The notes below the pieces were generated by a model, which was not told the origin of the DNA, did not search any database, and worked only from the letters and a program-made list of their open reading frames with translations. The position numbers were made by a program, and so were the translations under genes. DNA of 64,000 nt from a virus, in the IMG/VR virus record IMGVR_UViG_3300042549_005369, positions 4,418 to 68,417 of that record; one strand, 5' to 3'. Each line of letters starts with the position of its first letter. Position 1 is the first letter of the stretch. Below are positions 1 to 8,897 of this stretch, one piece after another.

Positions 1-19
1 TGACCCGTGGAATGACTGG

Positions 20-307
20 GTGACGGCGGACATAGCCGACCATTTCCCGAACACCGAGGAAGGCAGACTTGACGCCATACACGCCGCAAACCGCTGGGCG
101 GAAAAGTGGGCGGAAGACTCCCGTGAATTTTACGCCAAGGAGGAAGCCCGCGCCCGCCTTGCGGACATCCGCACCGAGGTCCGCGAACTCATTGCGGACA
201 TCCGCGCCCTATGCCCCGCCCTTGGCGAGCGCAAAGCCGCCGCAGGTGCCTTGCGCGACGCCCTAACCTCACTACTTTCCGAACGCTCCAGACTATTACA
301 ATCATGA
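20..307 (+). CDS. hypothetical early protein (start uncertain, may extend beyond window)
   Basis: 95-aa helical ORF, stop overlaps next ATG (ATGA 304-307). Confidence 0.6.
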   Translation: MTADIADHFPNTEEGRLDAIHAANRWAEKWAEDSREFYAKEEARARLADIRTEVRELIADIRALCPALGERKAAAGALRDALTSLLSERSRLLQS

Positions 308-516
308 AGACCTTCCCAAACTACACCGACGCCATCACGCACGCCCGCAGCCTAGCCACGCAATGCCAGCGCGACACAGGCATTGAAAAGACCAAGGAAT
401 TCAACCGCACCGTTTTCTCGGTTTTTCTATTGCCAGCCCCAGCATTTCGCACTGGAAGAGAGCTCCGGTGTGAAATCGTAACACCCAACACCCCGCAAAC
501 ACTAACACCCGCCTAA
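304..516 (+). CDS. hypothetical early protein
   Basis: ATG at 304 (MKTFPNY...), coupled to the previous stop. Confidence 0.6.
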   Translation: MKTFPNYTDAITHARSLATQCQRDTGIEKTKEFNRTVFSVFLLPAPAFRTGRELRCEIVTPNTPQTLTPA

Positions 517-519
517 ATT

Positions 520-723
520 ATGAACTTACCACTGATCCAAGCCACAATCCGATGGAACGATACGGGGGAAATCCTCGAAGACGTTTTGATTAAGCAAACC
601 CACGACGTAGGAGACGACGACGAAGAGATTTTCTTCTATGGCATACCATGGGAGGAGATTGACGCCTACCTTGCACCCAGCACCGAAGACTTCACAATCA
701 TAGAAGCCGCCCTAGTATCATGA
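520..723 (+). CDS. small acidic hypothetical protein
   Basis: 67-aa D/E-rich ORF in the early gene chain. Confidence 0.65.
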   Translation: MNLPLIQATIRWNDTGEILEDVLIKQTHDVGDDDEEIFFYGIPWEEIDAYLAPSTEDFTIIEAALVS

Positions 724-935
724 AAAAATTCACCTTTGAAATCCTCACACTAGCAGGCGATTGGAAACCCGTTTTCTGCCGCAGCATGAACAGCACAGAC
801 CCAGAGACAGGGTGCAGCATTATCGCCTGCCGCGACGCCAAGCCCTACGCCACGTATGGGACAGACGCCGCCAAGGCAGACCAAGAGTATTTTTCCCGCT
901 TCGCCGGGGCAGACCGCATCAGAATCAAACCATGA
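720..935 (+). CDS. hypothetical protein
   Basis: ATGA-coupled at both ends. Confidence 0.65.
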   Translation: MKKFTFEILTLAGDWKPVFCRSMNSTDPETGCSIIACRDAKPYATYGTDAAKADQEYFSRFAGADRIRIKP

Positions 936-1306
936 CACACGACCTTTACAACACCGCAAACTTTCCCGAGCCCGTAGCCATCTCTGGCCCGTGGACTATT
1001 TACCGCAACGCCGACGGCAAAGCCGCCGCGATACCCGCCGCAAACTCAGGATACTCCGCAAGCCACTTTGGGGACATGCGCCACGTCCGCGCCATGCTCC
1101 ACGCAGGGCAATGCGAGCCATACCCCAAGCACACGGGAGAATGGAAAATGATAGAAAAAGAAAACTCCCTAGCAGTGCACGGACTTTTCGGGTCATACGC
1201 CCGAGCACGCCAGCACCTCAACACCGTAGTCCCCGAGTATGTCCGCAAAGGCTATTTCATGGACAAAAACTTAACCGCCTCAGATTTCACCATCATACCA
1301 GCATGA
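932..1306 (+). CDS. hypothetical protein
   Basis: ATG 932 (MTHDLYN...), ATGA-coupled at both ends. Confidence 0.65.
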   Translation: MTHDLYNTANFPEPVAISGPWTIYRNADGKAAAIPAANSGYSASHFGDMRHVRAMLHAGQCEPYPKHTGEWKMIEKENSLAVHGLFGSYARARQHLNTVVPEYVRKGYFMDKNLTASDFTIIPA

Positions 1307-1728
1307 AAACACACGACACCGTTTACGTCCCCAGCGAGGGAACTACCGCCCAAATTACAAGCATCACCGCCGACGGCGGACTAGACCTTAGCTTCCCAGA
1401 CGGGGAGCAAGGTTTTTACCGCCCCGATGAAGTGATACGCACCCTCACGTTGCCGCAGGCAAATATGCTACACTTGATTGCCTCACAAGCCCGCCAGACT
1501 ATTGACGGCGACAGCCCGCTCCAAAGCGTTCAGTTCTACGAAACGGATGACACAGAGGGCTGGCACTTCGAGATAGTCACATGGAACACCCACACCCAAA
1601 AGGAAGAGCAAGCCAAAAACGCGGCAGTTTACGGACTGCGTGACAAGATTGTGGCAGCAGACATACCTTGCGAGCTACAACTTGCGGATCGGGGAATTTA
1701 CTCATGCCAATACTACATCCTGCCATGA
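1303..1728 (+). CDS. hypothetical protein
   Basis: ATG 1303 (MKTHDTV...), ATGA-coupled. Confidence 0.65.
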   Translation: MKTHDTVYVPSEGTTAQITSITADGGLDLSFPDGEQGFYRPDEVIRTLTLPQANMLHLIASQARQTIDGDSPLQSVQFYETDDTEGWHFEIVTWNTHTQKEEQAKNAAVYGLRDKIVAADIPCELQLADRGIYSCQYYILP

Positions 1729-1959
1729 ACCACCAAGATCGCATCACCCAACTACTCACAGATTGGAACGTGCCCCAAGATACGTTCGACATTTCATTCC
1801 TACAATGGGGGGGAGATTGTCGTCAAAGCAGGGGGACAAACTGTGAAAATTCTCTCGACAGGGGAGATTCATTTCCGTGATAAGCACCTGTGCAACGTGC
1901 CCGAATCGGCAGTGCCCCACCTAGTCGCAGGGATTGTGCTCGCTCTATACCGTAACTGA
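1725..1959 (+). pseudogene. apparently frameshifted small gene (or sequencing indel)
   Basis: ATG 1725 frame stops at 1880; the +1 frame continues EIVVKAGGQTVKILSTGEIHF...YRN to TGA 1959, just before the next ATG at 1967; G7 run at 1807-1813. Confidence 0.45.
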
Positions 1960-1966
1960 CACCCCA

Positions 1967-2230
1967 ATGAAACGAACCACCTACACCCTCAAAATAGGCA
2001 ACCAGATTGCCACCACACGAGCATGGAACACTGCGTTGCGTAAATGCAGCGTACTAATCCGAAACGAACTAGAACACGGCGAAGTAGCAGTGCGATGCAA
2101 TCCCGAGAACCTAGTAAAGCCCGACAAATGGACAACTGCCGCAGGCGACGTGCCATATATTACCAACAAAGGAAGAACCTTGACTGTAACCATAACATCT
2201 GATTATGAAAACCACTCCGATCACCAATGA
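1967..2230 (+). CDS. hypothetical protein
   Basis: ATG 1967 (MKRTTYTLKIG...). Confidence 0.6.
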   Translation: MKRTTYTLKIGNQIATTRAWNTALRKCSVLIRNELEHGEVAVRCNPENLVKPDKWTTAAGDVPYITNKGRTLTVTITSDYENHSDHQ

Positions 2231-2744
2231 ACTGCGCAAACTTGCCGCTCACCACCACAGCACTTGCCACAACGTCAAATTGCAGGGCACGAGCTACCGC
2301 ATACACGCGGGGCAATCCGCCGCCAAGTGCAAATTCAACGAACCAACACGTTACCGCCCAACCACCAACCAATCTATGAACCCACACCAGCAAGCCCTCG
2401 CCCTATGGAAGACCGAGCACCGCGCCCTAGCAGCCCTGCAACGCCAGATTGACACGCTAGGCGACGACATAGACCCAAAGGTCAAAGCACGTGCCGAGAA
2501 GCTAGCAGAGACGCTAGAAAAAGGGCACGTAATTTGGACACGCAACCGCACCTTGCGCACTCGCAAAGATGGGAACTGGATCGAGGAAAACGTCGTTACA
2601 CGCTACCTCGAAGGGACAAGTGCCGAATTGATTGCACGCCACCTTGGAAGGGAAGTATCAGGCAAAGCGTGGAAACCCGAATTAACTCTCACCAACGAAG
2701 ACATCATCACATTGTCGGAAACCTTTATCCTCAGAGCACTATGA
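2205..2744 (+). CDS. hypothetical protein (true start may be ATG 2376)
   Basis: ORF with coiled segment; stop overlaps next ATG. Confidence 0.55.
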   Translation: MKTTPITNELRKLAAHHHSTCHNVKLQGTSYRIHAGQSAAKCKFNEPTRYRPTTNQSMNPHQQALALWKTEHRALAALQRQIDTLGDDIDPKVKARAEKLAETLEKGHVIWTRNRTLRTRKDGNWIEENVVTRYLEGTSAELIARHLGREVSGKAWKPELTLTNEDIITLSETFILRAL

Positions 2745-2911
2745 TGGACGAAACCGTAGACTGCAAAAAATGCAAGAAGCCCACAAACTGGCTCGCCGTA
2801 TTCCCCGGGGGACTATGCCTCGCCTGCCACGAAGAACGATACAACCGCGAGGTTGCACGCACTGGGCAATTACCAAAACCGAATTTCCTCAAACCAATAT
2901 GCAAACCATGA
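2741..2911 (+). CDS. small zinc-finger-like protein
   Basis: CKKC...CLAC pair, ATGA-coupled. Confidence 0.6.
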   Translation: MMDETVDCKKCKKPTNWLAVFPGGLCLACHEERYNREVARTGQLPKPNFLKPICKP

Positions 2912-3183
2912 CCATACCACAGATAGCCGAAATGCTTCGGCACCACATCAACAACGACAACGACGCCCCACGCCTCATAGCGGAACAGGTGCTTCCACTG
3001 CTCAAGATTGACATCACTCACGAAGAAGTTCTGGAACTGGAGAATTTCAGGAGCGACTTGGATTCCCATCTTGACGACCTGAAGGACGTCACTCTTGAAA
3101 TGCAAGACGAAGACGACCCCCTCAGTAAGTGGGAAGTCATCCACCGCATTGACCGTATCATAACAGAAATCCGAGGATTATGA
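2908..3183 (+). CDS. acidic hypothetical protein
   Basis: MTIPQIAEML..., ATGA-coupled. Confidence 0.6.
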   Translation: MTIPQIAEMLRHHINNDNDAPRLIAEQVLPLLKIDITHEEVLELENFRSDLDSHLDDLKDVTLEMQDEDDPLSKWEVIHRIDRIITEIRGL

Positions 3184-3251
3184 TCTCCCTACTCATCATC
3201 GTTGCCGTCGTCGTCGCTATCCTTTGGATTTTTGAAACACCCTACACTTGA
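3180..3251 (+). CDS. 23-aa hydrophobic membrane peptide
   Basis: MISLLIIVAVVVAILWIFETPYT*, ATGA-coupled, below the ORF-track cutoff. Confidence 0.45.
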   Translation: MISLLIIVAVVVAILWIFETPYT

Positions 3252-3255
3252 ACCC

Positions 3256-3963
3256 GTGGTTATCCCTCGCACATTCATTGCCAAGACCATCATCCCTACC
3301 CCCGAGGGATGGCAAGTCACAGTGTGGCGGCGACCGAGGGAAACCATATTCAGCAAGCCACACTACCATTACTTCCCCACGGAAGAGGAAGCGCGGGAAT
3401 ACCTGCGATCCGTCTGGAGGGAAGGCAACCTCACAGAAGAGGGGCGCAAGGCAAAGTTCACCACCAAAGCAGTCTGGTGGGTTAGCGATGACCTTGTGCT
3501 CACTCGCCCCTACACAGGACTCCCATCAGTCACCTCGACTGTGCAAGACGGACTGTTGAAGGTATGGGTGGACGGCGTGCAGATTGCCGAAGCCAAGGCA
3601 ACCAAGAGTTCGCCCGTTCAGGGGTTGAAAGCGCAGATTGCCTCTCACCCCCTTGGCGAATGCCTACTCGCCAGAGTCTGTTACCGATGCCGCAGGCTGC
3701 CGCGAATCAACCTGATTGAAGGCACCCTGACACACTTACACAAAGATTGCCTCAACAAATTCAAACTGATTGCCGACCCCTTGACGCCACCAACAGTGCA
3801 GATTGCCGTCTGGAACAAGGAACTCGCCGACAGGTTCATGCCAGCAACTGCCAAACCCGTGCTCCGCCCAGACTTCATGGTGCTAGGAGTGATGAAATAC
3901 CCCTCAGACCTCGAACGAATTAAAAAAATTAGTAAAATCGAAAGTTTATCCTTTGACAAATAA
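3256..3963 (+). CDS. hypothetical protein
   Basis: long ORF (GTG 3256 likely start), contains CYRC. Confidence 0.6.
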   Translation: MVIPRTFIAKTIIPTPEGWQVTVWRRPRETIFSKPHYHYFPTEEEAREYLRSVWREGNLTEEGRKAKFTTKAVWWVSDDLVLTRPYTGLPSVTSTVQDGLLKVWVDGVQIAEAKATKSSPVQGLKAQIASHPLGECLLARVCYRCRRLPRINLIEGTLTHLHKDCLNKFKLIADPLTPPTVQIAVWNKELADRFMPATAKPVLRPDFMVLGVMKYPSDLERIKKISKIESLSFDK

Positions 3964-3980
3964 TTTCTGTTACCCATACT
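3953..3980 (+). promoter_or_regulatory. sigma70-like promoter for the HTH/MTase/primase operon
   Basis: TTGACA-16 nt-CATACT with AT-rich upstream sequence. Confidence 0.6.
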
Positions 3981-3996
3981 CAACTCCGCAACCACC

Positions 3997-4230
3997 ATGC
4001 CACCTACCGACACCTCACTAGGCGAGTTCGCCACCGCCTTCGACACGATCCTAAATCTCATCAAGGAGCGAGACTGCAACCTGACACAGCTAGCCACACA
4101 GGCGGGAGTCAGCTATCAGTCGCTCTATAATTGGGTGAACGGACGAACCAAATCGTATAACCTGCTCGACGGCGAGCGAGTCTATTTTGCACTCACAGGC
4201 AAGACATTCATCGGGGGGTGGGAAGTATGA
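3997..4230 (+). CDS. XRE-family helix-turn-helix regulator (Cro-like)
   Basis: LTQLATQAGVSYQSLYNWVNG HTH signature. Confidence 0.85.
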   Translation: MPPTDTSLGEFATAFDTILNLIKERDCNLTQLATQAGVSYQSLYNWVNGRTKSYNLLDGERVYFALTGKTFIGGWEV

Positions 4231-5483
4231 AACTGCTACTTGGAGATTGCCTAGAAGTGCTGCGCGGAATGCCAGACAACAGCGTTGATGCTATCGTAAC
4301 CGACCCGCCATACGGACTCGGGAAAGAACCGGACGCATTGAAGATGCTCACCGACTGGATCGAGACGGGGCACCACGAGGTCAAGGGGCGCGGGTTCATG
4401 GGTAAGGAGTGGGATGCTTTCGTGCCGCAACCCCGCGTGTGGCATGAGTGCCTGCGGGTGTTGAAACCGGGAGGGCATCTGCTCGCCTTCGCGGGAACCC
4501 GCACGCAGGACTTGATGACCCTCGGGCTGCGCCTCGCTGGATTCGAAATCCGCGACATGGTGGCATGGGTGTATGGCTCGGGATTCCCGAAATCGCTGGA
4601 CGTGTCGAAGGCGATTGATAAGATGGCGGGCGCGGAGAGGGAAGTCATCGGTTTCGATGAAAAGAAAGCGTCTCAGCAAACCCGCGCCGTAGGAACCGCA
4701 GCGTATGGAGACTACGCTGGAAACGCGGGTGACATCACAGCCCCCGCCACCGACGCCGCAAAACAGTGGGACGGCTGGGGCACGGCATTGAAGCCCGCCT
4801 TGGAGCCGATCACCCTCGCCCGCAAACCACTCGAAGGCACCGTCGCATCGAACGTGCTGAAATGGCACACGGGAGCGTTGAACATTGATGGGTGCAGGGT
4901 GGCGCATCAGTCCGAAGCGGATCGTGCGTCAGCCACCCCTCAAGGGAAAGTCACCGCCAAGTCAGGAGCACTCGCAGGGGGGACGCAGCACGACGGCGAG
5001 CGTGCCGAGTTCGACCGCCCAGATACGAGTAAAGGACGTTGGCCCGCGAACCTGATCCACGACGGCAGCGAAGAGGTGCTTGCGGGGTTCCCGCAAAGCA
5101 GTGGAACAGGTGGCAGCACAGGTGGGGCTAAAGACACACGCGAGATCGTGGGGGAGTATGGATTTAATGCGGCCCCTATCGTCAGGCGCAACGACGCAGG
5201 CTCCAATGCACGGTTCTTCTACTGCGCGAAGACCAGCAAGACCGACCGTGGCGCAGACAACAACCACCCCACCGTCAAACCCACCGACCTGATGCGCTAC
5301 CTCTGCCGCCTCGTCACCCCGCCCGGTGGCGTGATACTTGACCCCTACATGGGAAGCGGCAGCACGGGTAAGGCAGCAGCAATAGAAGGTTTTGATTTCA
5401 TCGGCATCGAACGAGACCCCGACTACTTCAAAATCGCAGAGGCAAGAATCACTAACAAAGTCATCGGGGGGTGGGAAGTATGA
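4208..5483 (+). repeat. exact 23-bp direct repeat flanking the MTase gene (4208-4230 and 5461-5483)
   Basis: TCATCGGGGGGTGGGAAGTATGA at both sites; both ORFs end IGGWEV*. Confidence 0.95.
4227..5483 (+). CDS. beta-class N6-adenine/N4-cytosine DNA methyltransferase
   Basis: GDCLEVL...TDPPY (motif IV) at N-terminus; HPTVKP and LDPYMGSGSTG (motif I) at C-terminus. Confidence 0.92.
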   Translation: MKLLLGDCLEVLRGMPDNSVDAIVTDPPYGLGKEPDALKMLTDWIETGHHEVKGRGFMGKEWDAFVPQPRVWHECLRVLKPGGHLLAFAGTRTQDLMTLGLRLAGFEIRDMVAWVYGSGFPKSLDVSKAIDKMAGAEREVIGFDEKKASQQTRAVGTAAYGDYAGNAGDITAPATDAAKQWDGWGTALKPALEPITLARKPLEGTVASNVLKWHTGALNIDGCRVAHQSEADRASATPQGKVTAKSGALAGGTQHDGERAEFDRPDTSKGRWPANLIHDGSEEVLAGFPQSSGTGGSTGGAKDTREIVGEYGFNAAPIVRRNDAGSNARFFYCAKTSKTDRGADNNHPTVKPTDLMRYLCRLVTPPGGVILDPYMGSGSTGKAAAIEGFDFIGIERDPDYFKIAEARITNKVIGGWEV

Positions 5484-8050
5484 GCACCGACGTAACATAC
5501 TGGGGCGGCAGCACCGTCCACGGCGGCACCGTCCGCAGATTGCAGGCGGCGTCATTCCGAGAGCTTGTAGAGCGGTATATTTTCCTGCCCGTATCATTTC
5601 CATTGACTCGCAAGGAGTTTTTCGCCTTGCCAGAGACTGAACGCAACACCCGCAAGGACGGCCCATACATCACCGCGTGTTCCTTCAACTTCCAAGACTC
5701 AGGGCACCGCTCAGACGACGCAGCGACCGTCATCCACATGGTAATCATTGACCTCGACGAAGGCGGTGAAGAGTTTGCCCTCGCACCAGAAACCATCGGT
5801 GAGCACCTTTACCCATACAATTTTGTCGCATGGCACACTGCCAAACACACTGCCAAAAAGCCACGCCTCAAAATTGCAGTTGACGTCTCCCCGTGCCATC
5901 CATCATTGCACCGCCGATTCGTCAAATTCGTCTCCCGCCGCCTTGGCTTACCCGATGGATTCAAAGGCGAGCGCGAGTCAGGGGTTATCTCCCAACCGCA
6001 GTATCGCCCGATCCAGTTCCGCGAGGAAGAGTTCAACGCCGTTGTCGCCAGCAGGCTCGACGGACTAGCGATACCCGCAAACGTGCTGCCCGAGGAAAGC
6101 GACACCGAGGACACACGCACGTTTGCCGCCGACCGAGAAGACGGCGATGACTTGGGACTAGGACTTGCATACATGCCTGTCCCTAACCTCACCTTGGAGC
6201 AAGTAGAGCAAGCCCTCGATGCCATTGACCCCGACGTCGGCTACAAACAGTGGTATGAGATTGCCGCATCTCTCAGGCACCAGTTCATAGACGAAGACGA
6301 CGCCAGACTCGCCTACCAACTCTTCGATGAATGGTCATCGCGAGGCAGCAAGTATCGTGGCGAGAAGGACACCTACGCCAAGTGGAAGTCATTCCGCCCA
6401 TACGCCAAGGGACGTGCCCCCGTGACTGTCCGCAGCCTATTCAAGCAAGCCATGGACGCGGGCTGGGACAATGGCAAAGTCGCAGCAGCATTGCAGAGAA
6501 CGGTGAGCGAATGGCTCGCCGATTGCAACGACCCAGACGAACTCATGCAAGAGGGTGCCAAGCGCATCGCCGCAATGCCATTCCGCAACGACGTAGTGGA
6601 AGAAGCCCTTGTGATCGCATGGCGGCAACGCATTTCCGAACTGACCAAAAACTCGATTGACAAGACAATTCTGCGACGGGAAGTAGCCCGAGCACGCAAG
6701 GACGAGCGCACGGCGAAGTTCGAGCAGCACAAAGAGAACCTACCAAGCTGGCTTCAACCCCAGTGCTACGTAGCCACCGAGGACGTATTTTTCAATTTCG
6801 GCACAGGTGTCAGGCTGAAACCCTCAGCGTTTGACCGATACTTTGAGAAGGAACTGATGCCCAAGGACGAAGTTCCCGCCAACGGCAAGTCAAGCATTGT
6901 CCCATCAGACTACGCGTTGAACCTGATGAATATACCCCGAGTGGACGGCACTATCTATTGCCCGCTGCACCAAGGGGAAGACCCGTTCTTCGAGATCAAC
7001 GGGCGCAGACTGCTCAATACCTTTGACCGCATCCACCTACCCGTTGAAGACCCAGACTATGCAGAACGGGCAGGGGAATTGTTCTCAGGGCATATCGCCA
7101 TGCTGATTGCCGAGGAAAATCTCCGCGAAGTGCTATTGGATTTCTTCGCGTTCCTTGTCCAGAACCCCGGGCGCAAGATGCGCTGGCTCCCCTGCATTCA
7201 AAGTGCCGAGGGCACGGGTAAAGGTTTCATGAGTAAAATTCTCATGGCAGTCCTTGGAACAGGCAACGTGAAGGTTATCTCACCCGAGATCATCAAATCG
7301 GAATGGAATGATTGGATGATCGGGGCACAGTTCTTCGTGCTGGAGGAAATCTACTTCCCCGGGGAACGGAAGGAAGCCGTCATGAACTCCCTCAAGCAAT
7401 TCATTTCCGACGAAACCATACCAATCAACCAGCGCAACACTAGCGCACGTCAGGAGCCCAACTGGGGCAACAGCATCGCCTTCACAAACACCCCAGATGC
7501 ACTCCATTTGAAAGAATGGGATCGCCGATGGATGTTTATCCGCAGCCCGTTGCAAACCGCAAGTCAAGTCGCCGAAGTCAACAACTCAGGACACTTCGAG
7601 CGCATGGAATGGTTGCTTGGAGACGCAGGCGCAGGCGGACTCAGATACTGGCTACGCAAGCGCAAGATCGCCGACGACTTCCCTGTCGATGGCCCAGCAC
7701 CACGAACTACCTACCGTCAATCCCTAGTCGAAGAATCCAAGTCAAGTATGCAAATCAGTATTGAAGACCTTATCGCAGACGACCAGCACCCACTCATCTC
7801 AGGGCCTGTCATCCACATGGGGAGACTCATTGAGATCATGTCCCGAGGATCGAACATGGCAACGAAGGAGGTTGCCCGATTCCAACACTACCTCACAACG
7901 ATGGGTTATGAACGCTACAACGGAAGCCGACACATGATTGATGGCACCCGAGGCATCGTTTGGGTACACCGTCAGAAATGGACTGGTGATGACCCGATTG
8001 AATATCTCCGCAAGAGATTGATAATGCTCGACGACAACTTTGAAGTGTGA
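5480..8050 (+). CDS. primase-helicase (AEP-like N-terminus, PriCT-2, P-loop helicase)
   Basis: IIDLD and HT motifs; PriCT-2-like YKQWYEI...FDEWSSRGSKY...KWKSF; Walker A AEGTGKG; Walker B VLEE; DRRW. Confidence 0.85.
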   Translation: MSTDVTYWGGSTVHGGTVRRLQAASFRELVERYIFLPVSFPLTRKEFFALPETERNTRKDGPYITACSFNFQDSGHRSDDAATVIHMVIIDLDEGGEEFALAPETIGEHLYPYNFVAWHTAKHTAKKPRLKIAVDVSPCHPSLHRRFVKFVSRRLGLPDGFKGERESGVISQPQYRPIQFREEEFNAVVASRLDGLAIPANVLPEESDTEDTRTFAADREDGDDLGLGLAYMPVPNLTLEQVEQALDAIDPDVGYKQWYEIAASLRHQFIDEDDARLAYQLFDEWSSRGSKYRGEKDTYAKWKSFRPYAKGRAPVTVRSLFKQAMDAGWDNGKVAAALQRTVSEWLADCNDPDELMQEGAKRIAAMPFRNDVVEEALVIAWRQRISELTKNSIDKTILRREVARARKDERTAKFEQHKENLPSWLQPQCYVATEDVFFNFGTGVRLKPSAFDRYFEKELMPKDEVPANGKSSIVPSDYALNLMNIPRVDGTIYCPLHQGEDPFFEINGRRLLNTFDRIHLPVEDPDYAERAGELFSGHIAMLIAEENLREVLLDFFAFLVQNPGRKMRWLPCIQSAEGTGKGFMSKILMAVLGTGNVKVISPEIIKSEWNDWMIGAQFFVLEEIYFPGERKEAVMNSLKQFISDETIPINQRNTSARQEPNWGNSIAFTNTPDALHLKEWDRRWMFIRSPLQTASQVAEVNNSGHFERMEWLLGDAGAGGLRYWLRKRKIADDFPVDGPAPRTTYRQSLVEESKSSMQISIEDLIADDQHPLISGPVIHMGRLIEIMSRGSNMATKEVARFQHYLTTMGYERYNGSRHMIDGTRGIVWVHRQKWTGDDPIEYLRKRLIMLDDNFEV

Positions 8051-8084
8051 ACATAAAAAAAATCCGAAATAATAATTTTTTCTG

Positions 8085-8112
8085 TTGACGTAACGCAACA
8101 ACCTGATAATTT
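8085..8112 (+). promoter_or_regulatory. sigma70-like promoter
   Basis: TTGACG-16 nt-TAATTT after an AT-rich tract, intergenic. Confidence 0.55.
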
Positions 8113-8146
8113 CTCCCCCGCAACCACCAACATAATACCAAATACC

Positions 8147-8629
8147 ATGATCGAAACACTGCTCCAAGAGCTAACACAAGCACTAAAAGACAACACCGCC
8201 GCAATTAACTCTATGCTTGCCGCAGGTGAAACAAAACCAGAGAAACCCGCTGCTGCACCGAAAAAAGCCAAAGCCGTAGTCACCGAGCCCGAGCCCGAGC
8301 CAGAGCCCGAGCCTCAGCCCGAGCCAGTTACCAACACGACTCCAACTAAAGTAGCCGTCATCAAAACCGCAGATGATACGCCAAGCGTGCCGTCAACCAC
8401 CCCATTGCAACCCGGGCAACCGATTGCTGGCGACCACGTTGACGTAGATGAAGTTCTCGCCCAGATCAACACCATCGTGAAGGGCAAACTCATGTCGGGA
8501 GATACCGCCTCGATGAAAACCAAGTGGGAGCAAATCCGCAAGGGCAAATACGGCGTTGACCGTATGAGTGACCTCAAGAACGATCCTGCCAAACTGCTCG
8601 CCGCACTCGCAGACGCCAAAGCCCTGTAA
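8147..8629 (+). CDS. hypothetical protein with (EP)n linker
   Basis: 160-aa ORF upstream of the DUF2800 gene. Confidence 0.75.
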   Translation: MIETLLQELTQALKDNTAAINSMLAAGETKPEKPAAAPKKAKAVVTEPEPEPEPEPQPEPVTNTTPTKVAVIKTADDTPSVPSTTPLQPGQPIAGDHVDVDEVLAQINTIVKGKLMSGDTASMKTKWEQIRKGKYGVDRMSDLKNDPAKLLAALADAKAL

Positions 8630-8630
8630 T

Positions 8631-8897
8631 ATGGAACCATTCGACATAGCAGAAGCACTCACGGCACTCTCTCATACCAATGTTACTGGCGTGAAGGAAG
8701 CCTCGGTGCTGTTCCACCTCGCTCATGCCCCAGCGACAAGTGCAGACGTCATCATTCTGACTAACGGGAAACCGAAGTCCACTCGGATGCGCTTGCACGA
8801 CTTGCGAGAGAAGAAGCTGGTGAAGTTCTGTCACCAAACCAAACAATACGGGCTCACCATTGAGGGTAAAAAACTTGTGAAGAAAGTAACTAAATGA
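8631..8897 (+). CDS. putative winged-helix DNA-binding protein
   Basis: RLHDLREKKLV...YGLTIEGKKLV, MarR-like wing. Confidence 0.6.
   Translation: MEPFDIAEALTALSHTNVTGVKEASVLFHLAHAPATSADVIILTNGKPKSTRMRLHDLREKKLVKFCHQTKQYGLTIEGKKLVKKVTK

Noticed and set aside
1726-1959. TGA read-through or alternative genetic code
   Set aside because: The frame stays open after TGA 1728, but TGA is a normal stop in many ATGA overlaps genome-wide; a frameshift explains it better
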